A DNA stretch of 63,242 nt, counting the filler, from Intoshia linei (Eukaryota; Animalia; Orthonectida), in the NCBI GenBank assembly GCA_001642005.1. It is 4 parts of 4 records of this genome, joined end to end, with 100 filler letters (N's around TTAATTAATTAA, not from the genome) between each part and the next. Parts side by side here need not be neighbours in the genome. Positions count along the whole stretch, not along the records: positions 26,610 to 51,722 come from LWCA01000514.1; 3 more parts are not named here. The stretch is one strand, 5' to 3'. Within the stretch, counting starts at the first letter, position 1, and the number at the start of each line of letters is the position of its first letter. Under the pieces are notes generated by a model. The model did not search any database, was not told the DNA's origin, and was given only the letters and a program-made list of their open reading frames with translations. The translations under genes were made by a program, and so were the position numbers. Below are positions 27,428 to 38,900 of this stretch, piece after piece.

Positions 27428-28233
27428 ATGGATTGTGAAACAAATTTACAAAAAATTGAAGATTGTAAGGTTTTAAATGTCCAAGAAGATAAAAAGGTAT
27501 TTTTGAAAAATAACATATCACCCTGTTTAAATCTAGGAATTATCTGCATCAGTCATGTGGAAAGATGATAAACATGACTATCATTTAATATATTTTATGC
27601 GCCGTTTTGGTTGACTATATTGTAGAAATTATCTTAATCTAATAAACAATCAAAAAAATATTTTGACTAATAAAAATGTTCGTATAGTAGTCTGCTCACC
27701 ATCATTTATTTCATATCATAATTATAAAAAAAGTAACACCATTGAAACTGGTAACAAAAATGTAAATTATATTGTATAATTATTTAGATACCTATGTGAA
27801 CAAGTCTGGCGAAATTTACAATCTTCTAGATTTTATAATGTAATCTTTATACCAGTACAAACTTTTGTTTTTAAATTTGATTTATATCATAATTAGAATG
27901 AAAAAAACGGATTATTTGAGTTCTTTGATAGGAGTTTTGGCTCACCCCAGAGTACCATTTATTAATCATTATAATTATTGTTGTTGAAATTTTAAATATA
28001 TACTAATAGGACTTGATTAAAAATAAAGGATTTGATATGCAGGGAAATTTATTCAGAAATGGTGGACTTTTATTGATTGACAAAGGTTATACAAATGTAT
28101 ATGAATCTTTAATACAATTATCTTTATAGATCAAAATGTTCTCGTTCACTATATCCAAAAACACCCTAAAGAACATTATACAATTGAGCAAATTTTTGAA
28201 AAATTATATATTGACAAGACACAAATAAAATAA
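27428..28233 (+). CDS. PRXL2B: Selenoprotein U family / peroxiredoxin-like 2B (FAM213B, prostamide-PGF synthase homologue), 189 aa, UxxC with Sec codon TGA at 27612-27614
   Basis: Six GT-AG exons 27428-27496, 27537-27750, 27788-27839, 27897-27951, 28010-28085, 28130-28233 total 570 nt in one frame. Motifs: MWKDD..LIYFMRRFG-U-LYCR, TYVNKSGEIYNLLDF, FDMQGNLFRNGGLLLIDK, VLVHYIQKHPKEH. These match the FAM213B pattern RRFGCxxCR...GDLLQSGGLLVV...VLLHFVQKSPGD. SECIS downstream. Confidence 0.92.
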
Positions 28234-28251
28234 TGAGCAATTTTTATTAAC

Positions 28252-28309
28252 TTGAAAGAACATGATAAATGTAAGACAAAATTAATTTATACATTTTGAT
28301 GAATTTCAA
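28252..28309 (+). promoter_or_regulatory. Eukaryotic SECIS element
   Basis: Helix I TTGAAA (28252-57) / TTTCAA (28304-09); core ATGA-T (28262-66) / TGAT (28297-300); helix II AAATGTA.GA / TT.TACATTT; unpaired AAAA in the apical loop (28278-81); AATAAA at 28311. Confidence 0.9.
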
Positions 28310-28347
28310 TAATAAATATTTATTGTTATAACAATGTAGTTAATAAT

Positions 28348-31300
28348 TTATTTTTTTGGGGAGTTTTTAATGCATTCTTTTATTGCTTTCTTTGAGCCTT
28401 CGTTGTTTTGAAGATATGCAAAATATACAGCTCTCATGTTTCTACGAATGTTTTTGGAGTATTTGGTGAATTGATCTAAACCGGTTGAATAAAAGTATTC
28501 TTTTGTCTGTTCATATTGATGTTGAATGTTTTGACTTGCACCGTTGCTGTATTTATCTTTTATAACTTTTCTAATTGTAATTATTTTATTATACACTCAG
28601 TATTACAAAAACGAAAGATTAATTTAAAAACCTCAACATTGCAGTGTCGTCATGAGATAAATTTTTATTTTTTTTTACTGGAATTAACGGCATTTCCAAT
28701 ATTGGTATTTCTGGTTGTTTTACTCCATGTTTGATGTGTCTATATCTAAAAAATATAATTATTAAAATTAATCATGATTATTAATTATTTTTATATATTA
28801 GCAGTCAAATTTTCTTTGTTTATATTGTTCATATTAAATACGGAATTTAGTTTCCGCTACCGCAAACGGGTTACCGGTAGTGAAAAGTAGAAAAAGTACC
28901 GTCTCCAATAAATAATTTAATATTTTAAAATGCTTCATACACATATTTTTGTTACGATTTAACATAATTTGACCTGAATTTGATGATTTAAAATATATTT
29001 TAAAATAGACTGCTTAAAATATAAACAATTGACATACATAAGCTTTAAATGTTAGTCAGTAACTAATAGATAAAAGTAAATAAGAATTGAAATTATTCCT
29101 AATATTAAATAAATTTTTATCTATTAAAGTGAAATAACATCAAATTAATACACTAATATATAAAAAAATTTACATGTCCGCTTCGAATTTTCAATGTCTT
29201 TACATAACTCGAAGTTGGAAAGTGAAAATTCTGCACTAGACATGTAAATAACTATTATTAATATTGAAATGTTTCACCGTATAAACTAACCGGGACTTTA
29301 GTGTAGAAACTATTTTAGTTGATTTAACAAATTCAATGTTAATTTTTAAATTTGTTATTCTAATTTTGTTTTGAATCGGCACAGTATTTTTAATGCTCTC
29401 ATATAAGATATCAATATAATTCTAACTTATATAATATGCTACGCGATTTTTGTTTGTGGGAGTCTGTGTGTTGCGCTTTATTGAAATAACTACCAGTCTT
29501 AGAATTTTTTGAAGAACACATTTCAATTACAGTTTTTTGCGGTACGTATATTAAAATAAATTTCAACCTACCAATATAGCATTTTACGGGTCAAAAATCT
29601 TAGTTGTCCCCCTTTTTGAAAATCAAACGAGTTGGAAAATTTAAAAAAATATATACGCTGATGCGGATTTTAAAATCATAAACATTATCATAATTTTAAA
29701 TGCTGATGCGGATTTTAAAATCATAAACATTATCATAAATTTAAATTTAAAAAAATACACTGATGCGGATTTTAAAATCATAAACATTATCATAAATTTA
29801 AATTTAAAAAAATTATATTTTCAAAGTCAAAACCACAAACTACCCTTCATTTTTTAATGAAAACAGCCCTAGAATTTCAAAAAATTTACAGGTGGTACAG
29901 TTGTATCCTGTTAACACACACAGAAAATTTCAATCCGAATAAGTGACGACTTCATGGTCAAAAAAGCATTTTATTAGTCATATATTTTTNATGCTCTCAT
30001 ATAAGATATCAATATAATTCAATATAAACAAAAAATGTGAAATAATTAACGGTCAGAAAATTAAAAAAAAAGATTATTCTGATAGAACTTATTCCAGTTC
30101 ATATAAATACAAAATTTCAATCCCAGAAATCTAGCATTCCCGGTGAAAAATAATTTTTAATATATTATCAACCAATATTTTTTTTTAAATTTGTCCATTA
30201 AAATCAAAAATTGAAAATGTAAATATTGATTTTACAATTTCAAAAAAAATGTGTAATAAACGTCTACACATTTCCAATAAAGAAATATGGGTGAAAATCT
30301 ATATAATTCATTCCTTCGAAATTTTTATTTTCAAAACAACAACGAAACTAAAAGTAATACAACTTTGTTATTATCATTTTTATATTTATTACAATCCTTT
30401 GCAATATTTGTAAAATTCGACTGAAATGTTTATATTGTGAAGATTCGGTTAATTATTGATACATAATTGGTATTCTTAGGTATTTATTAAATTGTTACTG
30501 CATATGTATCATTACATTGAAAATGACAAAATAGGTTTTTATAATTTTATTTTTTCTGGAATTTATGCTATTTTGACAAATTTTTAGGATTGGACTGTTT
30601 TTACTTTATTTTAATATTATACACATTCTGTTTAATAAATTTAAAAAAATGGGATAACAATTGTTTTTAAAAAATAGAATTTGTAGAATTTCATATGTAA
30701 ACATTTATATTGTACGTAATATACTTGTTTGTTGTTTTAAAATTTAAAACATAAAATTTTTTAGAATGTGAAAAACACTAATAAATAATAGTATGTATGA
30801 TATAAATTACTTTGTATGTTTTTTAATAGAGGGTTTTTTGTATTTCACCATTTCACTATCATCGTGGTCTAATGAGTAGTCCTTCCATGGATCACAAATT
30901 TCGTAAGCTGTGTTTTTAACATAATAGTCATGATCTTTGACAACATTTTTCTGTAAATTTAATTAATACTTATTCATTATACATGACTGCGTGTGGGTTT
31001 AAAAGGTACAGTAATGGAAGATTGTAAATGTTACAGGCAAAATTTGAATATTTGAAAATTGCCTGGATTTGAATTTTACGGGCATGCAACAGGCAATTTT
31101 CAAATTATAAACGTTGTATTCAATTTCAATTGATGTAAAACATTAAGTGTTGATAAATATTTGGAATATTATGAAAGACTGATAAAATTACAAAATAATG
31201 TAAATGAACCCAGAATAAAAAATGATTGGAACATTTTGAACAAGTATTATTTCAATTTTGGTTACACTCATTAATATTAAATTAGGTACAAATTGATAGC

Positions 31301-32772
31301 TGAATTGATACATTAATTATTTAGGTCAAATTTGCAATGTTAAATTTTTTATATTATATGTTAATTTTAAATGTTATATATTTCATTTTTATTTAACTGT
31401 AGTTTATGTAAGTAATGGTAACTTTATTAAATTCTTAGCATAATTTGAACCGAAAAAATTTAAATTTAAAGAATAAGATAGTAAAATGTCTTATTGACAA
31501 GGAAGAGTGAAGTTTTTGAGATTAAAATTTATCTTACGTTTTTTGTCGAATAAAACTGACTTATAAAATTGGTTTTTGAAATTTATTCTATTAATTCCCT
31601 TCTTATCCTTACTTACATATAAAGTAAACTGGTTAAAAATGTATGTTTGTCTGTTTATTTGTTCCAGTTTATTTAAGAAGGTAAGGGGAGCCGAGTTTTA
31701 GAAATTCCATATTTCTATAACAGTTATTCCAGAGTGATGTTTTATCGCTAATTCCAATTTCAGAAATTGATTCCTTCAAGGTTAAAAACTCCAATTGTCT
31801 TTTTTTTTGAAATTCAAACACGTCATAGAATTATAAAAATTACACATTCTAATAAAAAGTTTTAAATTGATCAATATTATGATAATTTTCAATTTCAAAA
31901 TATTATATCTTCACGGCCAAAACCACAAATTACCCTTTTTTGTAAAAATTAAGAAGGTTCTAGAATTGTTGTTAAAAAATCTAGATGCTGTTTGTACGTA
32001 GTACATAACAGTCAACTAGTATGATATAAAGGTAATGGTAACATTTTTATGAAAGATTTTATTATTAAATTTATTATATTGTACAATTAAAAGTAAACTA
32101 TATGTACTGCTAGCTAATTTTTGTACAAATTAGACAACAGTCAAGCGAGTTTCGTTGATAATTAAAAAACTTATTAGCTTGTATATAAAAAACAATAAAA
32201 AGATTATCTTATGAACTAATTTATAAGAAACCTATTATATAGTATATGTATGGTTACATAAATTGAAAAGTTTAAGAGCATCATGGACCAGTTGCTAAAA
32301 GCAGCGGACCATATTTTGACAAATACGGTCCGCTTAATCTGTATGGTCTTTAGTAAGGACTCCTTACAGTATTAGCTATAATACGACAACTGAGAAAATA
32401 GCATAATCGATAGTTATTAATTATACATATATAAATTATTCGAATATATTTAAAAGGTAGAAAACGCTTTTCAACATTATAGATTCACCATTACTTTCGA
32501 TAGGGTTCTCCAATCGAATCGTTTCCAAACGACAATTTTTGTAAATAAAAATAATTACATTTGTATTCTCAATTAAATCTAACGGTATGGAAATATCTTT
32601 ATAAGCAGTTAATGGGTTATATAGATAAGGTTGAAAATCTTGTCTGAAAATATTTTAGAAATATATAATTTCCAAAAAACCTTGATTTTTTTTCATTTTC
32701 TTCCTTCAGAATTTTTTCCATATCTTTTTCATAACCTTTAATAACATTGTATAAACTGTCCAAATTAGACAT
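28348..32772 (-). CDS. Uncharacterised multi-exon protein
   Basis: Candidate exons 32772-32681 (MSNLDSLYNVIKGYEKDMEK..), ~32643-32559, 30950-30811, ~29359-29291, ~29235-29174, 28745-28632 and 28570-28348 (KVIKDKY...RRNMRAVYFAYLQNNEGSKKAIKECI). One internal junction is not phase-resolved. Confidence 0.55.
29420..30670 (+). mobile_element. Non-autonomous Helitron with internal ~45-58-bp triplication
   Basis: Family 5' end TCTAACTTATATAATATGCTACGCG; CTGATGCGGATTTTAAAATCATAAACATTATCATAA occurs three times (29658-29800). Confidence 0.75.
31606..32019 (+). mobile_element. Complete mini-Helitron, 414 bp
   Basis: A|TC...CTAG|T termini, no TSD; subterminal hairpin CTGTTTGTAC-GTA-GTACATAACAG 4 nt before CTAG. 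Confidence 0.85.
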
Positions 32773-32923
32773 TTTTTGTTGTTAATATGTTTTGGATATT
32801 AAATTTAAATTTAAAAATAAAAAAATTTAACAATTAATTTGAAATCTAGATTACCACTCTGCGTTAATTATAAATTAGATCAAGGACTATATAAATTAAA
32901 ATTTTATTTTATCAAACAATAAA

Positions 32924-35900
32924 TTAGATCGCGTCTTTTGCAATTTCAAAGTTTTTTTCAGCAAGTTTTAACATTTTTTCCAAACTGTTTTTTAATGTCT
33001 ATTTTTTAAATGTTTTATACATGTACTTTTGAAAATGTTTAAATTAGTTTTACCATAAAATTGTTTGATCCTTGCATGGTTTTTGATGATATTTCTTGGT
33101 GAATAATTACCAAATTTTTTATATATTTTTTTAAGGCATCTACTATGTTGTCACTGACAGTACTACATTTCTTTTTATTATTTTAATTTATATTTATATA
33201 CATCATTCCCAAGTATTGGCGGTATTTTGCATCTACTATTGCGAATGATGTTCCAATTCTTTGCTAAATTTTTTTCATTATTTAATTGTCATGTATAGAT
33301 TATTTTTAATTTTTGAACTTTTTTATTATGTATTAATTATGGGGAAATTTAAAACTTCAAGTTTGGGATACATTTTAATTTAGATTGAATTGAGTTTTAA
33401 TTAATTTAGTTACTTTTCAAATGAACTAATAGATTTAGAATGTTATGCAAAATTTTATAAACCATGATCCTATTCGACTATAATCAGTAAATGTTCAAAG
33501 TAATTAATACCAAATAAATATAACATACATATAAACAAGGCTATGAACTATATATGTTATATACAATGTATATTATACCTTAGTATGCATTATTTTGTAT
33601 TATAATTATAATACAATACATTCAATTAATAAATAAGTATTTATTAAGTGATATACATTAGACCAGTGGTTTTCAACCAGGGGGTCGCAACCGCTTAGGG
33701 GTCGTGAGAATTTGAAAATTTTATGAATATATCTACATTTTATTTATTTATTTATTTTTATTTTAATATAATATTGACAGTAATAATGTCACGGAAATAT
33801 TTTTACATTCTGTATTACAATTTTAAATGTTCTTCTTCACTCAGTATATAAACTATTTTAATAAATAAATAGTTACATAAATAAACTAAATAATAAAGTA
33901 ATAGATTTAATAAATGATTCCACTGCACGAATATTTTCTATGAAAAACCATGAGTACTTTTTGGTGTGATATGATTGATTTATATCCAAATTTATTTACG
34001 ATTACTTTGAGATTGCTACTATCTTTTTTGTCGACTTATCTGTGTGAAGCAAGATTTTATACGCTTGTTCATATAAAAACAAAGTCAATAAACTGATTAA
34101 ATGTTAAAAAGCATATGAGGCTCGCCTTATCGCATATACTGCCCAGGATATATATAATTGTAGCTAAAATCCAACCTCAAATTTCACACGATAAAAATAA
34201 ATGTAGTTATTATAATAATACATTTTACTGAGCAGTGCTCAGTGAGCACAGAATAAAATATAAATAAAACTGAATATGCTTTTTTAATAATTTTGTTTAT
34301 GTGAATTTATATGATGCTTGCAATATATAGAACATTTTTGGGTGGCGAAACTAAAAAGGTTGAAAACCACTGCATTAGACGTTTTATAAATAAATGTTTA
34401 ATTGTCATTTTTTGGTATAAATCAACACTTACGCCAGTGTCTACCGGTGGGGTTAATTTAAAATTTTATCTGGGTTTCGATAGTCCTCGAATAAATATAT
34501 TTAAAAAAAACTAGAATACATCGGCATATATCAATGAACCAGCCTTAAACCACAAGAAATAATCAAAAAAAAGTGTACACAGTAGCGTGTACATTATGTG
34601 GAGAGGGCCAAGCCCTCATTACTGTCCTATCATTCTAAAATAATAGGTTGCATTAGAAAAAAAATTAGTAAGGTGGGACTAATTTTTTGCTGCATGGGTA
34701 CGGTTATTATATATATACAGTCATAGAGTAAAATAATAATAAATATAGCGGCGGTATTGATAGATCTAACTGTATATATAACGGGCAATTTTTTCAATGT
34801 TCTGTGGTGCAATGAAACGGCAAAAATGATCCAAGGAGATATAAAAATATATTTCAGGTTAAAAATTGAATTAAAATTACATTTATATCATAACCGATAG
34901 TATTTGCTCTGCACATTTGGAAAAATACGCCATATTGTATAACAGAAAGATTTGAATGAAATAGTTGGTTCGATGCTATAACGGATCTACAATTTGGTCT
35001 TGGGTCAATCTAAATAATATATAATGCACACTATTATTATTATTATGTGTATATAATATATACTATATATGCACAATATTGTATGATATGTATAATAATA
35101 ACATAATGCAATATATTATATTCAGTTTTACTCATATAAAGAAGTATACGAGACGTGCCCAAATGTGTTCCCGCGTAAAAATAGTCGTTATAAGGGATTC
35201 ATTAGAAAGGTAATAATCATTAAAGAAATAGTATTTACTTAGAGTTGGAAGGATCACCATTTAAAATGAAATGTTATAAACTAAACGCATAATAAATAAA
35301 GATTAGCATTCAATAAATAATCTCACTAAAATGAAAAATAGATTTTACTCAAGTTTAAAGTTTTTGAAACACCTAAAAGTTGATTTTGCAGATTAGGTGT
35401 GCATACACCAGGTTAAGAACCAATGATATAGATCGGAAATTTGCAACGTGTGACTCGAAAGTCATTTTTAAAATTTTATATGGGATAGTACAGTAGAATC
35501 CGCTTAGTGATCAAAAATTCGATTAAATTCAATACTCATTTTTTTGATATTGTAGGATATATATAATCCTTACTTATTATATAATATATATATATAATAT
35601 TACTTAATATATAATATGCTACGCAATATTTGTTTGTGTGTGTTCCACTTTATTGAAATAACTACCAGTCTTAGAATTCTATAAAGTCCACATTTCAATT
35701 AATTTTTTCCGGGACATATAATAAGATAAATTTTAACCTTCCAAACTCACATCTTACGGGTCAAAAACCCTAATTGTCCTTTTTTTGAAAATTAAACGAG
35801 TTGGAGAATTTAAAAAAAATACAGGTGGTACAGTGATATCCTGTTAGCACACACAAAAATTTTCAATTTGAATAAGTGACACCTTCACGGTCAAAAAAGC

Positions 35901-38900
35901 ATTTTATTAGTCATATATTTTTTTCCGAAATATTTTATTAAAACAAAAAATGTGAAATAATTAACAGGTCCGAAAATTAAAAAAAAAAATTATTCTGATA
36001 GAACTTATTCCAGTTGATATAAATTTCCGAAAATTAAAAAAAATAAAATATTCTGATAGAGCTTATTTCAGTTGATATAAATACAAAATTTTAACCCCAG
36101 AAATCTACGCATTCCCGGTGAAAAATAATTTTTAATATATTATCAACCAATATTTTTAAAATATTTCGATTAAAATAAAAATTGAAAATATAAATATTGA
36201 TCCTACAATTTCAAAAATAATATGCATTGAACGTTAAGATTACAGATTCATTGTCTATATCAATGTTTCTTAACCTTTTTTACTTTAGTGTTTTTACTTC
36301 AACTGTCAAATAAATAAAAATTGGAGCGCACCTTAAATTTTGATCAGAAAAAAACGCATCGATATTCGAAAATGTGCAAATATTAAAAACGATAAAATAA
36401 AATCATAACTACAAAAATACTTTTATATGGTAAACTTAAATATAAAAAAAAATTTAATGTATGATGGAATGTTGATATTTTTGGTGTTAACCATATTATT
36501 TAAATAATACATTATATTAAATAGTAAACCCCAAAATATTCATCCAAGAATGGTCAATGTAAAAGTTTGATGCTAATTTTTAAAAATTTATATAATACAC
36601 TCATATTTCTTTGAGCGCACTTGAAATCTACTCATGTAGTACCAGTGCGGTGGCGGACCGGTTGAGAATAACTGATCTATATTATAGACTCTAGACATGG
36701 GTGCACAACCTTTCCACCAATTCAGCCACAATGCTACTTTTCTCACAGATACTACGGCCTCACAAAATTTCGATGATTGTAGGCTAATCTACAATTTTCA
36801 ACATATTTCATTAAATCATCCAATTAATATAATCTTACAAAAAAAAAATTTAGAAAAAACCAAAATTTTACCAACCTTTAAGGAAGAAATCCCTTTTTAC
36901 CAATATTTTTTTTAAAAATCCATTTTTATCAAAGTTTTAGAATAAATACTACCCTATCTGATTCCAAAAAAAAAAACCAAAATTTTACCAACCCTTAAAG
37001 AAAAAAATCGCTTTTACCAATATTTTTATGAAAAATCCCATTTTAATAAATTTTTAGATCAATAATTATTTTGACTGATTCCATAAAAAAAACCTGATTT
37101 TAAAAAAATTTGAAAAATCTTTTTTTACTATTATTTTTTTGAAAAAACATTAATTATTAATTTTTTGGTAAATAATTAATAATAATTGGACAACAGAAAA
37201 AAATTATATTAAAAACCGATTTGTTGATACATTAGAGTGGAAGACATAATAAAAATATGTAAATATTAATAATGACATAAAAAATATATCAATGACTACC
37301 TTGATTTTGTGTATTTTTCGCTAACATTTGAGAAATTGAACAAAGTCAAGAATGTAACCTTTTGATTAAAATATGTTAAATAGACCTTAAATAAAATCTC
37401 ATTTTAACTTTTCAATTTGAAGTAAAATGATATATTGCATTATAATCAGATGTATTGGCCACAGCCGCACGTTGTGCACCCTGGCTCTAGACTCTAGACG
37501 GTATTAAAAAGTATGACCTCGTCAGAACTCATAAGAACTAGCTGCGGTTTATACAAAGTCAATAATAGTCAAGCTAGTTTATTAATAAATTGCTTTTTTG
37601 AGCGTGAAGGCATAATTTCGTGAGATTGAAATTTTATTTAATATTAATATTTTGATAAATATTACACAATTTCTGCTTTGATACAACTTTGATTTCTTCT
37701 GAGACTTTGGTTGGACTATATTAATTTTTTCCTTTTCAATTTGGTAAGAATGATTAATTTCATTATATTCTGCCCGGGTAAAATAGTTGGATATTTTTAG
37801 TATTGACAATAATTTATCATATCGTATACTGAAATCCAAAACCCAAGTTATTTCTTGATTCTACAATAAATATATTCACATAATGTCTATATCAAATGGT
37901 TCCCAAATTATGTGAAAATCTACCCCTGGAACCCTGTTGATTATAAAATACATTAACCAACACTGAAATAAAATTAAATTTAAAATTTTTCCAACTTTGT
38001 ATAAATTAATCCTTACATCTTTAGTGTCATAAAAAGTGACGAAATCAATGTTGACATAGCCAATAACATTATGATCTATACATTTTTGTACAATAAGATA
38101 AGTGTATTTGTTGAGTTTTTCGGGATTAATCGAAGTTTGTGGTATAGAATAAGTTTCAGCAACCATGGATTGATGGCTCGAATGAATTTGATCCGCTGTA
38201 ACTAATATTTTTGTAGACAAATCTGGAGAAATTTCCACTACAACCGTGCAACAAATGTAACTTTCCGAAGGAACAATAGCCTCAATGATACCGCCTATTA
38301 AAATTTATATAAAACAAATGATAATTTTTGAACCATGTTCCAAAAATTTAGAAATAAAGTGTTTCGCCGATTTGTACACTGGTTTAATTTGTTGACCGTT
38401 CTTGGAAATAAAATAAACTAATTCGGTAACTAATTTTGTAAAAGATGCTTCCTAAATCGCATTTAAATATAAATACAAAAATTAAAACCTGAGCCCATTT
38501 ATTATTCCATCTCTCCTGATATCGATTGTATTCTTTTAAAACAAAAAGATAACTTTCCATCTTGGTTACATTAACCAATAAAATACCATCTGAATTGAAA
38601 CTATTGTTTATCTTTAAAGCCCATTTTTCTACGTGTAAATTTTCAATCATCAATTGGGCTAATGATTCGTAAAGCTACATTGATTGTAAAAACATGTATT
38701 ATGACATAAAATTAATCACGGTATAACCTGATCAATATTTAGAATATCAATATCGTTTGGTGGCAAATCTAATTTAAGTTCGATAAATATTTTTTTCGTA
38801 TTTGTTTTATTATGCAGAAACTGATGTACATATGGATCACACCCAAAAATTGAAATTTTAAGTTCATTGGCAATAATAATGTCATCAAAAGATGTATAGC

